A stretch of DNA of 64,000 bases from OCS116 cluster bacterium AG-435-F03 (GTDB lineage Bacteria; Pseudomonadota; Alphaproteobacteria; MED-G09). Numbering within the stretch: the stretch's first letter is position 1; every line of letters starts with the position of its first letter. Location of the stretch: NCBI GenBank assembly GCA_003212795.1, contig QCOV01000003.1, positions 78,676-142,675 of the forward strand, given 5' to 3'. Positions 1-9,593 of this stretch are shown here, in pieces. Made by a program: the position numbers and the translations under genes. The notes under the pieces are model-generated. The model worked only from the letters and a program-made list of their open reading frames with translations. It searched no databases and had not been told where the DNA came from.

Positions 1-183
1 CTACCTAAAGGTACCCATAATTGGAAGAAATTTATTACACCTGAAGAATTAAAAATAATCTTTAGATCAAGCGGTTTGAATATTACAGATATTATGGGAA
101 TGAAATATAACCCTATCTATGATAGTTGGTATTTATCCGAAGATACAAGTGTAAATTATCTTGGTACTGCTATTAAATCTTAA
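1..183 (+). CDS. ubiG: 3-demethylubiquinol 3-O-methyltransferase, C-terminal part (truncated by window)
   Basis: Frame 1 reads LPKGTHNWKKFITPEEL...DTSVNYLGTAIKS*, the typical UbiG C-terminus; not in the ORF track. Confidence 0.85.
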   Translation, partial: LPKGTHNWKKFITPEELKIIFRSSGLNITDIMGMKYNPIYDSWYLSEDTSVNYLGTAIKS

Positions 184-596
184 TTCTTAGATTTAGGATT
201 TAAAGATGGCAAAGGCTGAACATTAATGCCTTCCTCTATAAGGTCTTTTGCTTCCTCAACTGTTGTTTCGCCATAAATATCTTTTTGTTCTTTTTCTTCA
301 TAATGCATCGCTCTAGCTTCATCAGGAAACTTATCACCAACATATTCATAATTTTCCTTAACGTGTTTTTTGATCTTATTCATAACCATCTCAACTTTCT
401 TAACATCACTTTTAGGAGCTTTCTGATTTGATTTAGAAGGGATATTCGGAGCCATAATTGATTTGCTAATTTTTTTTGAACCACAAAGAGGACATTCGAC
501 TGAAGATTCTTCTAATTGTTTTTGACAAGTATCATAGTCAGAAAACCAAGCTTCAAAATTATGTTCTTGGTCACAAATGAGGGAATATTTAATCAT
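180..596 (-). CDS. DUF1178 family protein (Zn-ribbon)
   Basis: MIKYSLICxxEHNFEAWF, CPLCGS, MAPNI, YVGDKFPDEARAMHY motifs; usual neighbour of grxC. Confidence 0.85.
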   Translation of the reverse strand: MIKYSLICDQEHNFEAWFSDYDTCQKQLEESSVECPLCGSKKISKSIMAPNIPSKSNQKAPKSDVKKVEMVMNKIKKHVKENYEYVGDKFPDEARAMHYEEKEQKDIYGETTVEEAKDLIEEGINVQPLPSLNPKSKN

Positions 597-844
597 GATA
601 AAAGCTTTTCAAGATCACCACTTCTATCAATTGCATATAAATCATCATAACCACCTACATGTGTATCATTGATAAAAATTTGAGGGACGGACCGCTTACC
701 ATTAGCTTTTTCAATCATTTCCATCATGAGATCTGGATTATCGCCAACATATATTTCTTTATAATCTAATCTTTTACTTTGCAGTAAAGCCTTCGCTTTT
801 TCACAATAAGGGCACATAGGTCCGGTATAAATTATAATATCCAT
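593..844 (-). CDS. grxC: Glutaredoxin 3
   Basis: CPYC active site, SVPQIFI, GGYDDL. Confidence 0.92.
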   Translation of the reverse strand: MDIIIYTGPMCPYCEKAKALLQSKRLDYKEIYVGDNPDLMMEMIEKANGKRSVPQIFINDTHVGGYDDLYAIDRSGDLEKLLS

Positions 845-863
845 TTCATCCTCTATGCTTATA

Positions 864-891
864 ATATGGTAAATTGGTAATTAAATTCAAG
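864..891 (-). promoter_or_regulatory. Putative RpoH (sigma32)-type promoter of grxC
   Basis: Minus strand CTTGAA-N16-CCATAT just upstream of the grxC RBS. Confidence 0.45.
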
Positions 892-916
892 ATTTCTTAA
901 TAAAAAGAGCTATTTG

Positions 917-1747
917 ATGCACAACAGAAAACTTATAAAAGTTAGGCAAGAAAAAGAAAATATAAATAATTTCGAAGAAAAAATCTTTTTCAAAGACTAT
1001 CAGAACGATTTTGTTGAAAGAGTTTCACTCATTAATGAAAATTTTGAAAAGTCTCTTGCGTTTGGTTTTCGAGGATCAAAACTAGAATTTTCAAAAAATG
1101 TAAAAAATGTAATTTATGGAAATCTTGGAAAAAGTAATAAAACAAATATTATCTATGATGAAGAGTTAATGCCCTTTAAAGAGTCATCATTAGATTTAAT
1201 TATGAGTTTCTTTAATCTTCATTTTGCAAATGATGTACCGGGTATTCTTTATCAAACATTAAGGAGTCTAAAACCAAATGGCTTATTTATAGCCTCTATG
1301 TTTTGTGAAAATACTCTGCAAGAACTCAATTACTCTTTTATTAAAGCCGAGGAGGAGATTTGCGGAGGAATGAGTCCAAGAGTAAGTCCTTTTGCTAAGT
1401 TACAAGCTTTGGCTTCATTAATGCAGGAAATAAATTTTTCTTTACCAGTTGCTGATATTGACCGTCATTCTGTCTATTATAAACATCCATCAAATTTATT
1501 AACCGACTTAAAAAAACTCGGAGAAACAAATTCCCTTCTAAGAATGAATAAATCATTCTTAAGAAAAGATGTTTTGAATAGAATGTATGAAATTTATATC
1601 GATAATTTTTCCAAAGATGGAAAAATTGTTGCCACTTTTGAAATAGCTTGGCTCACGGGATGGAAATATCATGAAAGTCAGCAAAAACCTCTTAAGAGAG
1701 GATCAGGAATGACTAATATGGTTGAGGGCGTGAAAAAATTTGAATAA
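917..1747 (+). CDS. SAM-dependent methyltransferase, NDUFAF5/BioC-like
   Basis: DEELMPF, LHFANDVPG, LKPNGLF, PRVSPF, LPVADID, QQKPLKRGS; start TTG 914 or ATG 917. Confidence 0.8.
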   Translation: MHNRKLIKVRQEKENINNFEEKIFFKDYQNDFVERVSLINENFEKSLAFGFRGSKLEFSKNVKNVIYGNLGKSNKTNIIYDEELMPFKESSLDLIMSFFNLHFANDVPGILYQTLRSLKPNGLFIASMFCENTLQELNYSFIKAEEEICGGMSPRVSPFAKLQALASLMQEINFSLPVADIDRHSVYYKHPSNLLTDLKKLGETNSLLRMNKSFLRKDVLNRMYEIYIDNFSKDGKIVATFEIAWLTGWKYHESQQKPLKRGSGMTNMVEGVKKFE

Positions 1748-1752
1748 AAGAA

Positions 1753-3330
1753 TTAGAGCTTACCTTCAATAGCCTTATCAATGAGATCAATAACTTCTTT
1801 AACGCCATAAAGGATAATAAATGAACCCAATCTTGGTCCTTGCGTTTGTCCAAGAAGAATTTCATATAAAGCAGAAAACCAATCCTTCAAAGACTCAAAA
1901 TGACTATTCATTCCAATATCATAAATTATAGTTTGAATTTTCTCTGGATCAGTTTCATTTTCCATCTCTAGAAGGTTTTCTTTAAGAGTTTCAAGATATT
2001 CAATCTCTTGTTTTTCTGGTTTACGATATTTTTTAGTAGGTAAAACAAAGTCCTTGTAATATTCCAATGCGAAAACAACTAATTGATCAATATATTGACT
2101 GGCCTCTTCAGAAATATCGTCAAAATATCCCTTTATAAAACCCCAGATTACTTCTTTGCTACTGGCTTGAGAGGCGCTAACGAGATTTAAAATCAGTGAA
2201 AATGTAACCGGACTTTCAATTATTATTGGATTACCGTCATGAATATGAAAAACCGGATTACTTAATTGATCTTTTACTTCTTGGTTAGGATATTTTTCTG
2301 AAAAACTTTGATATTCATCTACAGCTTTAGGAATAACATCAAATGTTAGTTTTTTTGCTCTTCTTGGATTCTGATACATATATAAGATGAGACTTTCTTT
2401 TGAAGCAAATTTAAGCCAGTCATCTATTGAAATACCATTACCCTTAGATTTAGATATCTTTTCACCTTTTTCATCAAAAAATAATTCATAATTGAAACCA
2501 ACTGGAGCAAAACCTCCAATTGCTTTACATATTTTTCCTGAAAGAGTTACAGATTCAATTAAGTCTTTTCCTGCCATCTCATAATCAACATCTAATGCAA
2601 CCCAACGCATTGCCCAATCAGCTTTCCATTGTAATTTACATTTACCACCTAAAATGGATGTTTCTTTTTCTTCCTGCGTATTTGGATGCTCATATAAAAT
2701 TGATTTTTCTTTTGTATTGTAATCTAAAACTTTTGCGAGTAGTACCTGTCCAGTGTCCGGACAAATAGGTAGAAAAGGTGAATAAGTTTTTTTTCTTTCC
2801 TCACCTATCGTTGGTAAAATGATATTTATAATTGCTTCATAATTTTCTAAGATCTTAGATAATGTCTCATCAAAATTACCATTCTTGTAATAATCTGTTG
2901 CACTAGCAAATTCATATTCAAAACCAAATTGATCGAGAAACTCTTTTAATAAATTATTATTATGATCAGCAAAACTTGAAAATTTATGATAAGGATCAGG
3001 AATATCTGATAATGGCTTTTCTAAATTTTCAGATAATATTTTAGAATTTGGAATATTATCAGGGACTTTTCTTAATGCATCCATGTCATCAGAAAAACAT
3101 ATTAATTTTGTTTCGATGCTTTTATCTAATACCTTAAGAGCATGCCTAACCATTGATGTCCGAGCAACTTCTCCAAAAGTACCTATATGAGGTAAACCTG
3201 AAGCTCCATAACCAGTTTCAAACACGGCACTATTGGAACCTGACTTTTCAAGGCGCTTTAAAATTTTTCTTGCCTCTTCGAAAGGCCATGACTTGCTTTC
3301 TTGGGCTACAGATATTATTGATTTATTCAT
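1753..3330 (-). CDS. lysS: Lysine--tRNA ligase, class I
   Basis: FETGYGASGLPHIGT (HIGH-like) and KISKSKGN (KMSKS-like) motifs; C-terminal GPRLG. Confidence 0.95.
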   Translation of the reverse strand: MNKSIISVAQESKSWPFEEARKILKRLEKSGSNSAVFETGYGASGLPHIGTFGEVARTSMVRHALKVLDKSIETKLICFSDDMDALRKVPDNIPNSKILSENLEKPLSDIPDPYHKFSSFADHNNNLLKEFLDQFGFEYEFASATDYYKNGNFDETLSKILENYEAIINIILPTIGEERKKTYSPFLPICPDTGQVLLAKVLDYNTKEKSILYEHPNTQEEKETSILGGKCKLQWKADWAMRWVALDVDYEMAGKDLIESVTLSGKICKAIGGFAPVGFNYELFFDEKGEKISKSKGNGISIDDWLKFASKESLILYMYQNPRRAKKLTFDVIPKAVDEYQSFSEKYPNQEVKDQLSNPVFHIHDGNPIIIESPVTFSLILNLVSASQASSKEVIWGFIKGYFDDISEEASQYIDQLVVFALEYYKDFVLPTKKYRKPEKQEIEYLETLKENLLEMENETDPEKIQTIIYDIGMNSHFESLKDWFSALYEILLGQTQGPRLGSFIILYGVKEVIDLIDKAIEGKL

Positions 3331-3736
3331 GACATTATTAAATCCAAACGATGCTCTTATTTATAGCATGACTCTATCTTCTGCAATAGATGGGGAAATA
3401 TCAAACAAAGAGATGCAATTTATACAGACTTGTATCAATAATTTACCAATCTTCAAAACCTATAATAGTGAGGACTTAGAAAAAACATTAAGTATGTTTT
3501 TTGAATTATTAAGTGGCGATAATGATCCAGAAACAATTATAGAATTAATTGACCAGGCTTTAGATAAAAAAAATAAATATATCGCATATGCTTTATCTGT
3601 AGAGATTATGATGGTTGAAGAAAACTTCACTAATGAAAAGTTACGCTTATTAGAGTTACTTGAAAAAAACTTTGAAATTAATGATCTTGAATCAGCATCA
3701 ATTAAATATACAATCAAGACTAAGTACTCTGATTAA
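3329..3736 (+). CDS. TerB-like (tellurite resistance family) protein
   Basis: DALIYSMTLSSAIDGEISNKE N-terminus, AYALSVEI, E-L-LL; start moved from 3233 to in-frame ATG 3329 to avoid a deep overlap with lysS. Confidence 0.7.
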   Translation: MTLLNPNDALIYSMTLSSAIDGEISNKEMQFIQTCINNLPIFKTYNSEDLEKTLSMFFELLSGDNDPETIIELIDQALDKKNKYIAYALSVEIMMVEENFTNEKLRLLELLEKNFEINDLESASIKYTIKTKYSD

Positions 3737-3752
3737 ATCAAAAGGGAATGTC

Positions 3753-4499
3753 ATGAACTTGATCTTTTTCAAACCTAGAAATATCGGCTTTTTAATGCGT
3801 ATGATTAAAGAGAGACTACTAGAATTGTTTCTAAAAAGAGAAGATTTGGCTTCTGATGTTAGAAACTATGTCTTAAATAATGCAAAAAAGAATGATCCCG
3901 ATAGTGTGCTATATACAATGGATGAATTTGCAAAAAGAAAAAGATTTTTAATGAATGTTGGAGATGTTAAAGGCAAAATTTTAACAGATGAAATTAAAAA
4001 GTTAGGATCAAATCTAACTATCTTAGAGCTTGGATGTTTTTGCGGTTATTCAGCCATATTGATGGCCAAGACTCTTGGAGAACAAGGTAAAGTCATTTCC
4101 ATAGAAATTAGTAAACATTATGCCAAAATCGCAAATGAAATAATCGAATTTTCTGGCCTAAAAAACAAAGTTATTATTATAGAAGGACCATCAGAAAAAA
4201 TAATCCCAACACTACGATATGAATTCGATCTTGTTTTTATTGATCATTGGAAAGATTTATACAAAAGAGATCTTCAGCTAATCGAAAAAAGAGGTTTATT
4301 AAAAAATCAATCAATTGTATTTGCAGATAATGTTGGGAGTCTCATTGAAGCATTAGTGGGTAAAAGGGGTAAATCAACAGATTATCTAGAATATGTAAGA
4401 AATCATAAGAATTTTCAGAGTAAAAATATAAATACAAACTTAGAATATTCTAATGCTGAAGATGCCGTCGAAATATCGACCTATAGAGTTAAGCATTAG
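3753..4499 (+). CDS. Catechol O-methyltransferase-like protein
   Basis: MNVGDVKG, LELGCFCGYSA, VFIDHWKDLY, FADNV; AAGGGA RBS before ATG 3753. Confidence 0.8.
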   Translation: MNLIFFKPRNIGFLMRMIKERLLELFLKREDLASDVRNYVLNNAKKNDPDSVLYTMDEFAKRKRFLMNVGDVKGKILTDEIKKLGSNLTILELGCFCGYSAILMAKTLGEQGKVISIEISKHYAKIANEIIEFSGLKNKVIIIEGPSEKIIPTLRYEFDLVFIDHWKDLYKRDLQLIEKRGLLKNQSIVFADNVGSLIEALVGKRGKSTDYLEYVRNHKNFQSKNINTNLEYSNAEDAVEISTYRVKH

Positions 4500-4915
4500 A
4501 AATCTTCGCATTCATCCGGGTTAATGGCACATTTATTTTCAAAAACGCCCGTGAAAAGTCCTCCTTTAGAATTATTCGTTGCTTTATTTCTTATAGTTTT
4601 CTTATTTGGAAATGCCTGTTGGAAAGCATTATTTGAAATCTCATAAATGCTTTTATTTTGATTTAATTTATCATTTGCATAATAGTTTTCAACAATAACT
4701 AATAATTGTTGATTAATAATCTCATAACCAATATCAATCTTATTGTTGCTGATCATTTCATCAAATATACCTCGAAGATAACCGACACAGTAAGAGCTGG
4801 AATCAGTATTTGCAGTTTCGCCGCATTTATTGAGAAAATCGACAGCTTTTAATTGTTTTGTAAAGACGCAAGAAACTAACACTATAGAAATTATCAATAT
4901 AATTTTATTTTTCAT
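4496..4915 (-). CDS. Secreted Rap1a/Tai-like protein
   Basis: Signal peptide; FLNKC...YCVGYLRGIFD...AFQQAFP pattern. Confidence 0.55.
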   Translation of the reverse strand: MKNKIILIISIVLVSCVFTKQLKAVDFLNKCGETANTDSSSYCVGYLRGIFDEMISNNKIDIGYEIINQQLLVIVENYYANDKLNQNKSIYEISNNAFQQAFPNKKTIRNKATNNSKGGLFTGVFENKCAINPDECEDF

Positions 4916-4924
4916 AATCCTTCA

Positions 4925-5983
4925 TTATCCAGCTAATTCAAATGTTTTTTCAACAGAGCTATCTTTATCAGAAAAATTGTTATTAATATGTCTTAAATTA
5001 TTATAAAAGATTGTAGCAGCTTTACTCCAAGAATATTTTTTTGAAAATTCTCTTATCTTCTCACCATTAAGACTATAACATTTTTCGATCGATTCCTTTA
5101 AGTTGTTTGATAAAAATCCAACGCTTTGAGATGTAATGATATCTTTTGGGCCAGTTACAGGAAAAGCTGCAACAGGAGTACCACTCGCTAAAGCTTCCAG
5201 AATAACTAAACCAAAAGTATCTGTAACGGAAGGAAAAACAAAAACATCAGATGATGCATAATATTCTGCAAGTTCATTACCAAATTTGTATCCTAAAAAA
5301 TGTGTATCTTTATATTGTGTTTTTAATTCTTCTAGTTGAGGTCCATCACCAATTATAATTTTAGAACCTATTAAATCTAAGTCTAAAAAAAATTTAATCC
5401 CTTTTTCAATACTTACCCTTCCTACATATAAATGAATTGGCTTCTTAAATTGTTTTAAATCAATTTTTTTTTGTGGACTGAATAACTCTAAATCTACACC
5501 CCTCGTCCACATCGAAATATTATTAAATTCTCTTTTTTCAAGATCATTTTTTAAACTTTCGGTTGATACCATCATCCCGCTCGATTTTTTATGAAACCAT
5601 CTCATATATTTATACCCCCATGAAGAGTTTATTGGGAATCTTGAACTTATAAATTCAGGAAATTTTGTATGATAACTGGTTGTATAGTGATAATTATTTT
5701 TATTTAGAAATCTCCTGGCAGATATACCTATTGGGCCCTCTGTTGCAATATGGATGTAATCTGGATTAAAATGTTTAAGTATTTTCTTTATTTTATTGCT
5801 AGATAGAAAAGTTAATTTAATTTCAGGATATGTAGGACAGGGAAGATTGAAATTTGTACAAGGATCAATAACTTTAACAATATGTCCGTCTTTTTGTAAT
5901 TCACTGATAGTTTTTTCTAAGGTTACTACAACACCATTAACCTGAGGATGCCAAGCATCAGTAAAGATAATTATTCTACTCAA
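4925..5983 (-). CDS. GT4 glycosyltransferase, Agt-like glycolipid synthase
   Basis: TDAWHPQVNGV, HIATEGPIG, YHTKFPE, VGRVSIEK, FPSVTDTFGLVILEA; coupled to plcP. Confidence 0.85.
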   Translation of the reverse strand: MSRIIIFTDAWHPQVNGVVVTLEKTISELQKDGHIVKVIDPCTNFNLPCPTYPEIKLTFLSSNKIKKILKHFNPDYIHIATEGPIGISARRFLNKNNYHYTTSYHTKFPEFISSRFPINSSWGYKYMRWFHKKSSGMMVSTESLKNDLEKREFNNISMWTRGVDLELFSPQKKIDLKQFKKPIHLYVGRVSIEKGIKFFLDLDLIGSKIIIGDGPQLEELKTQYKDTHFLGYKFGNELAEYYASSDVFVFPSVTDTFGLVILEALASGTPVAAFPVTGPKDIITSQSVGFLSNNLKESIEKCYSLNGEKIREFSKKYSWSKAATIFYNNLRHINNNFSDKDSSVEKTFELAG

Positions 5984-6813
5984 ACTTCTTGCCCCAAACC
6001 CATAGTAACTTTATCTTTTATTTTAATTTTTTCAGAGAGTATTGATTTATCTTTAATCCAATCAATTAATTCTAATTCGCCATCTAAATGCTCGACTAAG
6101 GCTGTGCATGACTCTACCCAATCTCCAGTATTTATATATAAAATATCTTCATACATTTTCATCTCAGCATGATGAACATGCCCACAAATCACACCATCTA
6201 CACCTCTTTTTTTTCCATCTTGAACAACTTTATTGCTAAAATCTGAAACAAACTGTACCGCTCTTTTGACCTTTAATTTTAGCCAAGCTGAAATTGACCA
6301 ATAATTTAATCCGAATTTTGAGCGCCACCTATTTATTTTAGTATTAAGACCAAGAACAAAGACATAAAGCATATCTCCTATTGTTGCTATCCATGGAGCT
6401 TTAACGCAAATATCGTCATATATATCACCATGAATTAATAAAAACTTTCTTCCATCAATAGATTCGTAAATTAATTCATTTTGAATATTTATTGATGAAA
6501 AATTACATTTATCAAATGACCTTAGGTCCTCATCATGATTCCCTGGAATATAAACTACATTAGTTCCTTCATTTGCTTTTTTTAGAATTATATCAACTAC
6601 AATAGAATGCTTATTTGGCCAATACCAAGATTTCTTTAATCTCCAACCATCAAAAATATCACCTAACAAATAAATATTTTCTGATTCTGTATTATTTAAG
6701 AAATCTATTAAATAATCAACTTTACACCCTCTAGTACCAAGATGAATATCAGAGATAAATATACTCTTATAATTTTTTTTTGTAGTTAGTTTTTCTTTTA
6801 CAGATTTAAGCAT
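5980..6813 (-). CDS. plcP: PlcP-type phospholipase C (LpxH-like metallophosphoesterase)
   Basis: SDIHLG, GDIFDGW, GNHDE, HGD, CGHVHH, NTGDWVESCTALVE; upstream Pho box and downstream GT4 gene. Confidence 0.85.
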   Translation of the reverse strand: MLKSVKEKLTTKKNYKSIFISDIHLGTRGCKVDYLIDFLNNTESENIYLLGDIFDGWRLKKSWYWPNKHSIVVDIILKKANEGTNVVYIPGNHDEDLRSFDKCNFSSINIQNELIYESIDGRKFLLIHGDIYDDICVKAPWIATIGDMLYVFVLGLNTKINRWRSKFGLNYWSISAWLKLKVKRAVQFVSDFSNKVVQDGKKRGVDGVICGHVHHAEMKMYEDILYINTGDWVESCTALVEHLDGELELIDWIKDKSILSEKIKIKDKVTMGLGQEV

Positions 6814-6852
6814 AACAAATTCTTTTTATAGAACTTTATTTGATCTGATTTC

Positions 6853-6870
6853 GTGACACTAGAATGACAG
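6853..6870 (-). promoter_or_regulatory. Pho box upstream of plcP
   Basis: Minus strand CTGTCAT-TCTA-GTGTCAC, an 11-bp direct repeat about 40 bp before the start. Confidence 0.85.
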
Positions 6871-6891
6871 TCTTATTAAAAATTTATAATT

Positions 6892-8061
6892 TTATATTTG
6901 TTTAAAATGTTTAGAGAGTTTTAGCCCTTGTTTCTGATAGTTAGAGCCTATTGACGATCCATAAGACCTTTCAGGTAGTTCTAGAAGCCTTTCATAAATC
7001 AATCTTCCAACAATTTGTGAATCCTCAAGGATGAATGGTACTTCCCAACTCCTAATTTCCAAAACAGCTTTAGACCCTTTACCTTCTGATGAATTGTGAC
7101 CAAAACCTGGATCGAAAAAACCAGCATAATGAACCCTGAATTCACCTACTGATGGTTTAAACGGCACCATTTCAGCAGCATGACTTGGAGGAATAGCAAT
7201 AGATTCAGATGAAGATAAAATATAAAACTCTCCAGGATCAAGAATAATTCTTTGACCTTCAGTTGCAAAAACAGGATCCCAATACTTTTCCATATCATAG
7301 GCATCCTTTTTATCTATATCTATTAAACCAGCATGCCTCTTTGCTTTCCAGCCAACTATGTCTTCTGCAGCCTCTCCTTTTAGGTCAACAGATAATGCTA
7401 GGCCCTCAGATATATTAACCTTTCCATCATAAACAATATTGTCTTCTGAGTGTAATCTCTTAAGCTCAGTATCAGAATTTGTTGGTCTTCCTCGCCTAAA
7501 TCTCATTTGACTTAATCGTGAACCTTTTCTGACTATCACTGGGAAAGTTCGAGGTGAAATCTCAAGCCAAAGATGACCTTTATAACCATTTGGTATTTTG
7601 TCAAATTCATGAGTTCCATCACATATTAATCTTGTAAAAACATCTATTCTTCCAGTAGAACTTTTAGGATTTGCAACAGCAATTATTCTTTCTGGAAGGG
7701 ATAAAGCCTCCATTAATGGAACAAGATATACGCAACCAGTCTCAAGAACGGCACCATCTGTAATATCAATTCTGTGTAGAGCAAAATCTTTTAATTTTCT
7801 ATTCACAGAACCACCTGATGGTAAAAAACTTGCCCTAATTCTATATGCTGTATCTGCTAATCTTAAATCTAGGCTCGCAGGTTGAATTTGTTCATCATTT
7901 ATTTCTCCTTGAGACCAAATTTCACCATTTTCAATCATCGAGCGGATCATTTGACCCGGCAGCACTCCAGAAATCTGAGCTTTTTGTCCTGGTGCTCCAT
8001 CAAAGTCACTAGTTGTCTCTTTTGTGTCAGGAAATAAATCTGGTATTTTCTTTTCTGCCAT
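6892..8061 (-). CDS. dcd: dCTP deaminase (long alphaproteobacterial type)
   Basis: QIQPASLDLRL, ANPKSSTGRID, GEFRVHYAGFFDPGFG, NYQKQGLKLSKHF. Confidence 0.9.
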   Translation of the reverse strand: MAEKKIPDLFPDTKETTSDFDGAPGQKAQISGVLPGQMIRSMIENGEIWSQGEINDEQIQPASLDLRLADTAYRIRASFLPSGGSVNRKLKDFALHRIDITDGAVLETGCVYLVPLMEALSLPERIIAVANPKSSTGRIDVFTRLICDGTHEFDKIPNGYKGHLWLEISPRTFPVIVRKGSRLSQMRFRRGRPTNSDTELKRLHSEDNIVYDGKVNISEGLALSVDLKGEAAEDIVGWKAKRHAGLIDIDKKDAYDMEKYWDPVFATEGQRIILDPGEFYILSSSESIAIPPSHAAEMVPFKPSVGEFRVHYAGFFDPGFGHNSSEGKGSKAVLEIRSWEVPFILEDSQIVGRLIYERLLELPERSYGSSIGSNYQKQGLKLSKHFKQI

Positions 8062-8132
8062 CTTTTAAGCGATCCTAAAAAACTATATTAATTTAGTATA
8101 TGAGTATAAAACATAATTAAAATAATAATATA

Positions 8133-9590
8133 ATGAATATTGCAACAATTGATATAAGACCCGTTCTATCAGTCTTGGGATTTTTTCTCCTAGGATTGTC
8201 TGCCACTATGTTTGTTCCAGCAATAGTTGATCTGATCTATAATAATTCTGGATGGGATAATTTTGTTATCAGCTCAATTATTACTAGTTTTGTTGGATTA
8301 ATGTTCTTTCTAGTATCAAGAGGGAATAAAAGTGAATTAAATACAAAAAGTGCTTTTCTTCTTGTTACCTTAAGCTGGATTATTTTATCAATTTTCTCTT
8401 CTGTTCCTTTTCTTCTTTCAACGAATGTTACAGGTATAACTAATGCATTTTTTGAGTCTGTATCAGGATTAACAACTACTGGCTCTACAATAATTGATGA
8501 TATTGAAAGTACTTCAGAAGGTATAATTGTTTGGAGAAGCCTTTTACAGTGGTTAGGCGGTATTGGTATAATTGTCAGTGCTATTTCTATTCTTCCTAGT
8601 CTTGGCGTCGGTGGTATGCAGTTGTTTAAATTGGAAAGCTCTGACTCGACAGAAAAACTAATGCCGAGAACAGCAAATTTAGCTACCGAAATAATTTTTT
8701 TATATATTTTATTAACATCAATATGTGCGACACTTTATTGGGTCTGCGGTCTATCTTTTTTCGACTCTGCAAATCATGCAATGACAACTATTGCTACAGG
8801 TGGCTTCTCATCTAATTCTCAATCAATAGGGGGTTATAATAATTTCTCAATAGAATATGTTTGTATTCTTTTTATGATTCTCTCTAGCCTTCCATTTGTT
8901 CTTTATCTCAAAACACTTAGAGGTAAGCCTTTAGCGTTGATTAAAGATGAGCAAGTAACTGGTTTCTTTAAAACTTTATTCTTAGCAATCATTTTAATCG
9001 CAGTTTTTTTATTGGTTCAAAATAATTTTGAATTACAGATTCCTCTTAGACAAATTATATTCAATGTTACATCAATTCTAACTGGCACTGGATACACTTC
9101 AACATCATATGATCAATGGGGAACTCCAGCAATTATCGTGTTTCTTGCTATTACATTTATTGGAGGCTGTGCAGGTTCAACTACTTGCGGGTTAAAGGTT
9201 TTCAGACTACAGGTCATATTAAAAAATTCTGGTCAGGTTATGAATAAATTAATAAGCCCAAATCGTGTGACCAATCATAAATATAATGGCGAAAACTTAA
9301 CTTTAGAAATCGTTGAATCTGTTATGACATTTTTATTTATATTCTTCGTAACTTTCGTAATTATTTCATTTCTTCTCTCATTATCTGGTCTGGATATTTT
9401 AACATCAGTATCTGCAGCTGCTACATCGATATCAAATGTTGGACCAGGGCTTGGAAATTTAATTGGACCAGCTTACAGCTTCGAAGAGATACCAGAATTT
9501 TCAAAGTGGGTTTTATCTTTTGGCATGCTGGCTGGGAGATTAGAGTTTTTAACTTTTCTTGTTATTTTTAGTCGTTCTTTTTGGAAATAA
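8133..9590 (+). CDS. trkH: TrkH potassium uptake permease
   Basis: FFESVSGLTTTG, QWLGGIG, TIATGGFS, GGCAGSTTCG, SNVGPG, GRLE. Confidence 0.92.
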   Translation: MNIATIDIRPVLSVLGFFLLGLSATMFVPAIVDLIYNNSGWDNFVISSIITSFVGLMFFLVSRGNKSELNTKSAFLLVTLSWIILSIFSSVPFLLSTNVTGITNAFFESVSGLTTTGSTIIDDIESTSEGIIVWRSLLQWLGGIGIIVSAISILPSLGVGGMQLFKLESSDSTEKLMPRTANLATEIIFLYILLTSICATLYWVCGLSFFDSANHAMTTIATGGFSSNSQSIGGYNNFSIEYVCILFMILSSLPFVLYLKTLRGKPLALIKDEQVTGFFKTLFLAIILIAVFLLVQNNFELQIPLRQIIFNVTSILTGTGYTSTSYDQWGTPAIIVFLAITFIGGCAGSTTCGLKVFRLQVILKNSGQVMNKLISPNRVTNHKYNGENLTLEIVESVMTFLFIFFVTFVIISFLLSLSGLDILTSVSAAATSISNVGPGLGNLIGPAYSFEEIPEFSKWVLSFGMLAGRLEFLTFLVIFSRSFWK

Positions 9591-9593
9591 AAC

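Noticed and set aside
3233-3328. N-terminal extension of the TerB-like ORF
   Set aside because: Overlaps the conserved lysS N-terminus; family similarity starts at Met 3329
3660-3752. N-terminal extension of the COMT-like ORF
   Set aside because: Overlaps the upstream gene; the RBS points to ATG 3753
5980-6813. Annotation as lipid A enzyme LpxH
   Set aside because: Pho box, GNHD motif and the coupled GT4 gene fit PlcP better
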